64,000 bases of DNA from an uncultured Actinomycetes bacterium (lineage in GTDB: Bacteria; Actinomycetota; UBA4738; HRBIN12). The notes beneath the pieces were generated by a model. It did not search any database. It was not told the DNA's origin and saw nothing but the letters and a program-made list of their open reading frames with translations. The first letter of the stretch is position 1. Every line of letters begins with the position of its first letter. Position numbers and translations under genes: made by a program. This document shows positions 59,702-64,000 of this stretch, piece after piece. The stretch spans positions 3,032 to 67,031 of the forward strand of contig CAWCDA010000012.1 in NCBI GenBank assembly GCA_963794065.1. The letters run 5' to 3'.

Positions 59702-60812
59702 ATGCGACATCGTTCTGTCGTGACATCCTGCGCTGTAGCCCTTGTGATGGTGCTTGGCGCGTCGGTGACGTCTGCGGCCGCACGCAGTGGGTCGCCGAGC
59801 CAGCGGACCGCCGACGACAACAGGTATCAGCTATCCCGGCTCGTGTCGGACAAGCCGGGCGTGGCCGCGCAGCTCGATCCGAACCTCGTGAACGCATGGG
59901 GGCTCGTGGCCGGTCCGGCCACCCCGTGGTGGGTGGCCAACAACGGCACCGACACCTCGACCCTGTACGACGGCGCCGGAACCCCGCTGTCCCTCATCGT
60001 CAGCGTGGCCGACGCACCGACGGGCGCCGTCTTCAACGGTGGATTGGGGTTCGTCGTGCACCACGAGGGTGACGCCGCGCCGTCGTTGTTCCTGTTTGCG
60101 ACCGAGGGCGGGACGATCCGAGGATGGAACCCAGCGGTACCGCCGCCGGCTCCGTCCACCAAGGCGTTCAAGGTCGTCGACATGTCCGGCGACGACGCGA
60201 TCTTCAAGGGACTGGCGATCGCCTCCACGACGCATGGGGATCGCCTCTACGCCACGGACTTCCACAACGATCGCGTCGACGTGTTCAACCAGCATTTCAA
60301 GCCGGTGGCGATCCCGGGGGCCTTCGAGGATGGGAGCATCCCCGAGCGGCTACGCGCCCTTCGGTATCCAGGCGCTTGCCGGTGGCATCGTGGTCACCTA
60401 CGCGAAGCAGGACGCCGATGCCGAGGACGATGTGGCCGGTGCGGGCTTCGGGTTCGTCGACATGTACAGCACGCGCGGCGAGCTGCTCGGCCGCATCGCC
60501 AGCCAGGGCGTGCTCAACGCGCCATGGGGTCTCGCGATGGCGCCCGATGGCTTCGGCGCGTTCGGCGGCGACCTGTTGGTCGGCAACTTCGGCGACGGCA
60601 CGGTCAACGCGTTCGAGCCGATGAGTGGCGGCAACTTCGATTTCGCCGGCACCCTGCATCGGCGCAACGGTAACGTGATGGCGATCGACGGCCTCTGGGC
60701 GCTGCAGTTCGGCAACGGGGGCGCCGCCGGGCCGATGGACTCGCTGTTCTTCACGGCCGGTCCCAACGACGAGAGCCACGGCTTGTTCGGAAAGATCGAG
60801 GCGAAGACCTGA
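59702..60812 (+). CDS. TIGR03118-like secreted beta-propeller protein; apparent frameshift near 60342
   Basis: DPNLVNAWG, WVANNGT, PTGAVFN, FKGLA, then YAPFGI, LNAPWG, LVGNFGDG, IDGLW, FFTAGP..E.HGLFG. Confidence 0.85.
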
Positions 60813-60833
60813 TCTTTCGTTGCACCGCAGTGG

Positions 60834-60879
60834 TAGGTCCACCGGTGGGCGAGCGGACGTGTCGCCCCCGGTGGACCTA
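60834..60879. terminator. Long hairpin (12+6 bp) upstream of clpB
   Basis: TAGGTCCACCGG-T-GGGCGA...TCGCCC-CCGGTGGACCTA. Confidence 0.6.
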
Positions 60880-60929
60880 TCGGTCCGGCCGCGTCTAGGC
60901 TCGGAGCACCTCGGGAGGGGGCGCCGAAG

Positions 60930-63549
60930 TTGGACGCGAACAAGCTCACGTTGAAGACGCAGGAAGCGCTGCAGGACGCGCAAACCAAGGCGCTGCGATA
61001 CGGCCACGTGGAGGCCGAGCCTGAGCATCTGCTGCTCGCCCTGCTCGATCAGCGCGACGCGCTCCTGCCACACCTATTCGCGCGACTCGACGTCGACGTC
61101 CAGGCGCTCCGCGACGAACTCGACCAGCACCTGTCGGGGCGTCCGCGCGTCAGTGGTCCCGGCGCCGCCCCGGGCCAGGTGTACGTCTCGCAGGCGCTCG
61201 CCCGCGTGCTGGACGCCGCCGAGCAGGAGGCCGACCGACTCAACGATGAGTACGTCTCGGTCGAGCACGTGGCGCTCGCCATGATCGCGAGCAACACGCA
61301 GGCCGGCCATCTCTTGACGCGCGCGGGGCATCACGCGCGAGCGGTTCCTCGAGGTGCTCACGCAGGTGCGTGGCAGCCAGCGTGTGACGAGCGCGACGCC
61401 GGAGGGCTCCTACGAGGCGCTCGAGAAGTACGGTCGGGACCTGGTCGAGGCCGCGCGCGCAGGGAAGATGGATCCCGTGGTCGGCCGGGACGCCGAGATC
61501 CGCCGGGTCATCCAGATCCTGTCGCGCAAGACGAAGAACAATCCGGTCCTGGTCGGCGACCCCGGGGTCGGTAAGACCGCGATCGTCGAAGGCCTCGCGC
61601 AGCGGATCGTGCGCGGCGATGTCCCCGAGGGCCTCCGCGGCCGCACGATCTTTGCGCTCGACCTCGGCTCGATGGTCGCGGGCGCCAAGTTCCGGGGCGA
61701 GTTCGAGGAGCGCCTGCAGGCCGTGCTCGCGGAGATCAAGGCCGCCGAGGGGCAGATCATCCTGTTCATCGACGAGCTGCACACTGTCGTGGGCGCGGGT
61801 GCGGCCGAGGGGGCGATGGACGCGGGCAACATGCTCAAGCCCATGCTCGCCCGGGGCGAGCTCCATTGCATCGGCGCCACCACCCTGGACGAGTACCGCA
61901 AGCACATCGAGAAGGACGCGGCGCTCGAGCGTCGCTTCCAGCCGGTCGTGGTCGATGAGCCGACGGTGGAGGAGACGATCTCGATCCTGCGCGGTCTGCG
62001 TGAGCGCTTCGAGGTGCACCACGGCGTGAAGATCCAGGACGGCGCCGTGGTCGCGGCGGCCACGCTGTCGCATCGATACATCACCGATCGATTCCTCCCC
62101 GACAAGGCGATCGACCTCGTCGACGAGGCGTGCGCGGTAGTGCGGACCGAGATCGATTCGATGCCCCAGGAGCTCGATGAGATCACCCGCCGCGTCATGC
62201 AGCTCGAGATCGAAGAGGCCGCGCTCACCAAGGAGACGGACGAGGCGAGCAAGGCGCGTCTGGAGACCCTGAGGCGTGAGCTCGCGGAGCTGAAGGAACA
62301 GGCAGATTCGATGACCGCGCAGTGGGAGACCGAGCGCGAGGCCATCCGGAAGTTGCAAGGGATCCGGCAGGAGATCGAGCGGACGCGCCAGGAGGTCGAG
62401 GACGCCGAGCGCGCCTACGACCTGAACCGCGCGGCGGAGTTGCGGCACGGCCGGCTCCCCGAGCTCGAGCGGCAGCTCCTGGCGGAGGAGGAGCGCCTCA
62501 GTCAGGATCAGGGCACCGGCCGGCTCCTCCGGGAAGAGGTCACCGAGGACGAGATCGCGGAGGTCGTCGCCCGATGGACCGGCATCCCGATCGCGCGTCT
62601 GCTCGAGGGCGAGCGCGAGAAGTTGCTCCGCCTCGACGAGGTCTTGCACGAGCGGGTCATCGGACAGGACGAGGCCGTGCAACTCGTCGCCGACGCGGTG
62701 ATCCGTGCGCGGTCCGGGATCAAGGACCCGAGCCGTCCGATCGGTTCGTTCCTGTTCCTCGGGCCCACGGGTGTGGGCAAGACCGAGCTTTCACGCGCGC
62801 TCGCCGAAGCGCTGTTCGATGCGGAGGATCACCTGATCCGCCTCGACATGTCCGAGTACCAGGAGCGGCACACCGTCAGCAGGATGGTCGGCGCGCCGCC
62901 CGGCTACGTCGGCTACGAGGAGGGCGGGCAGCTCACCGAGGCGGTGCGGCGCAAGCCGTATTCCGTCGTGTTGTTCGACGAGATCGAGAAGGCGCACGCG
63001 GATGTGTTCAACACGCTCCTGCAGATCTTCGACGACGGGCGGCTCACCGACGGCCAGGGGCGCACGGTCGACTTCCGCAACACGGTGCTGATCATGACCT
63101 CAAACATCGGCTCGCAATGGTTGCTGGAGGCCGACGTCGCCGACGGGGAGATCGGGGCCGAGGCCTACGACAAGGTGATGACGGAACTGCGCTATCGGTT
63201 CCGCCCGGAGTTCCTGAATCGGATCGACGACATCGTGATCTTCAAGCCGCTCACCCTGCCCGAGATCGAGCGGATCGTGGATCTGTTGCTCGACGACGTG
63301 CGCTCGCGCCTGGCCGACCGGCGGATCGAGCTGGTGGTGTCCGAGGAGGCTCGCGTCACGATCGCCCGCGATGGGTTCGATCCGGTGTACGGCGCCCGGC
63401 CGCTGCGTCGCTACATCCAGCGCGAGGTGGAGACGCGGATCGGGCGTGCGCTGCTGGCCGGGCAGGTCCGCGACGGTGCCACGATCACGGTGGACGTCGA
63501 AGGGGAGGACCTGGTCGTGCGCTGGACCGAGCCTGCGGTGGTCGCGTGA
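60930..63549 (+). CDS. clpB: ATP-dependent disaggregase ClpB; apparent frameshift near 61326
   Basis: N-domain EHLL repeats, GDPGVGKT, middle domain [22 protein letters not shown]. Confidence 0.95.
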
Positions 63550-64000
63550 TGCCGGAGGACCGCCCCTACATCGAGGAGAACGCACGGCAATTGGAACGCC
63601 TGCGTGCGTTCGTCGACGGGGTGGACGAGGACGATCTTCGGACCTCCGTCAACGAGTTCTGGTCGGTGGCCGGCGTGCTCGGGCACGTCGCGTTCTGGGA
63701 CGCGCGCGTCCTCGCGCTGGCGGACAGGCTGGAGCGCGGGCTGCCGTTCACGCCGTCGGAGGAAGAACCGGATGACCCGGCGTGGATCAACGACGCAGCC
63801 CGCCCGCTGATCCACGCGATCCCACCGAGCGAGATGGCCGCGCTGGCCCTCGAGCTGGCGGAGCAGACCGACCGGCGCGTGGCGACGCTGCCGCTCGATC
63901 GGATGTGGCCGACGGATCCTACGAGTCCGATGAACCCGCTGCGCGCGAACCACCGCGGCGAGCACCTCGACGAGATACAGGCGGCGCTCGAACGGCGCTG
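63549..64000 (+). CDS. DinB/MDMPI-superfamily protein, runs to the window edge
   Basis: TGATG overlap with clpB; WSVAGVLGHVAFWD ... HRGEHLDEI. Confidence 0.8.
   Translation, partial: MPEDRPYIEENARQLERLRAFVDGVDEDDLRTSVNEFWSVAGVLGHVAFWDARVLALADRLERGLPFTPSEEEPDDPAWINDAARPLIHAIPPSEMAALALELAEQTDRRVATLPLDRMWPTDPTSPMNPLRANHRGEHLDEIQAALERR

Overview
High-GC actinobacterial chromosomal segment (Actinomycetota, lineage not determinable from sequence alone), densely coding, with no tRNA, rRNA, CRISPR array, transposase or prophage seen. About 10 genes carry single-base frameshifts, several in G/C homopolymers, most likely long-read indel errors. The dominant feature is a general-stress island at about 7.8-39 kb built around a SigB/SigF-type sigma factor with anti-sigma, STAS and GAF-PP2C partners. 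At least 15 GTTT/GTTC-N15-17-GGG(T/A)A promoters can be read directly from the DNA; many are in back-to-back pairs and several drive apparently leaderless genes. The island holds trehalose genes, topoisomerase IB, CsbD/PRC/CBS/BON proteins, a nucleotidyltransferase-BON-metallophosphoesterase cassette, lipid-remodelling genes and several tiny metal-binding proteins missed or mis-started by the ORF track, including a classical C2H2 zinc finger and a CxxCGC peptide upstream of an atypical flavin-disulfide reductase. The left end has a UvrA-like ATPase, a TMEM175 channel and a DUF6582-like/cyclase fusion facing a cNMP-binding protein. The right part has a xylose-type ABC transporter preceded by a candidate structured RNA, an ECF sigma/anti-sigma/M15-peptidase operon divergent from cupredoxin-PQQ dehydrogenase genes with mirrored ECF promoters, pgl-gnd/zwf, GH9, a second ECF pair and clpB. 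All family calls come from motif recognition, not database searches.
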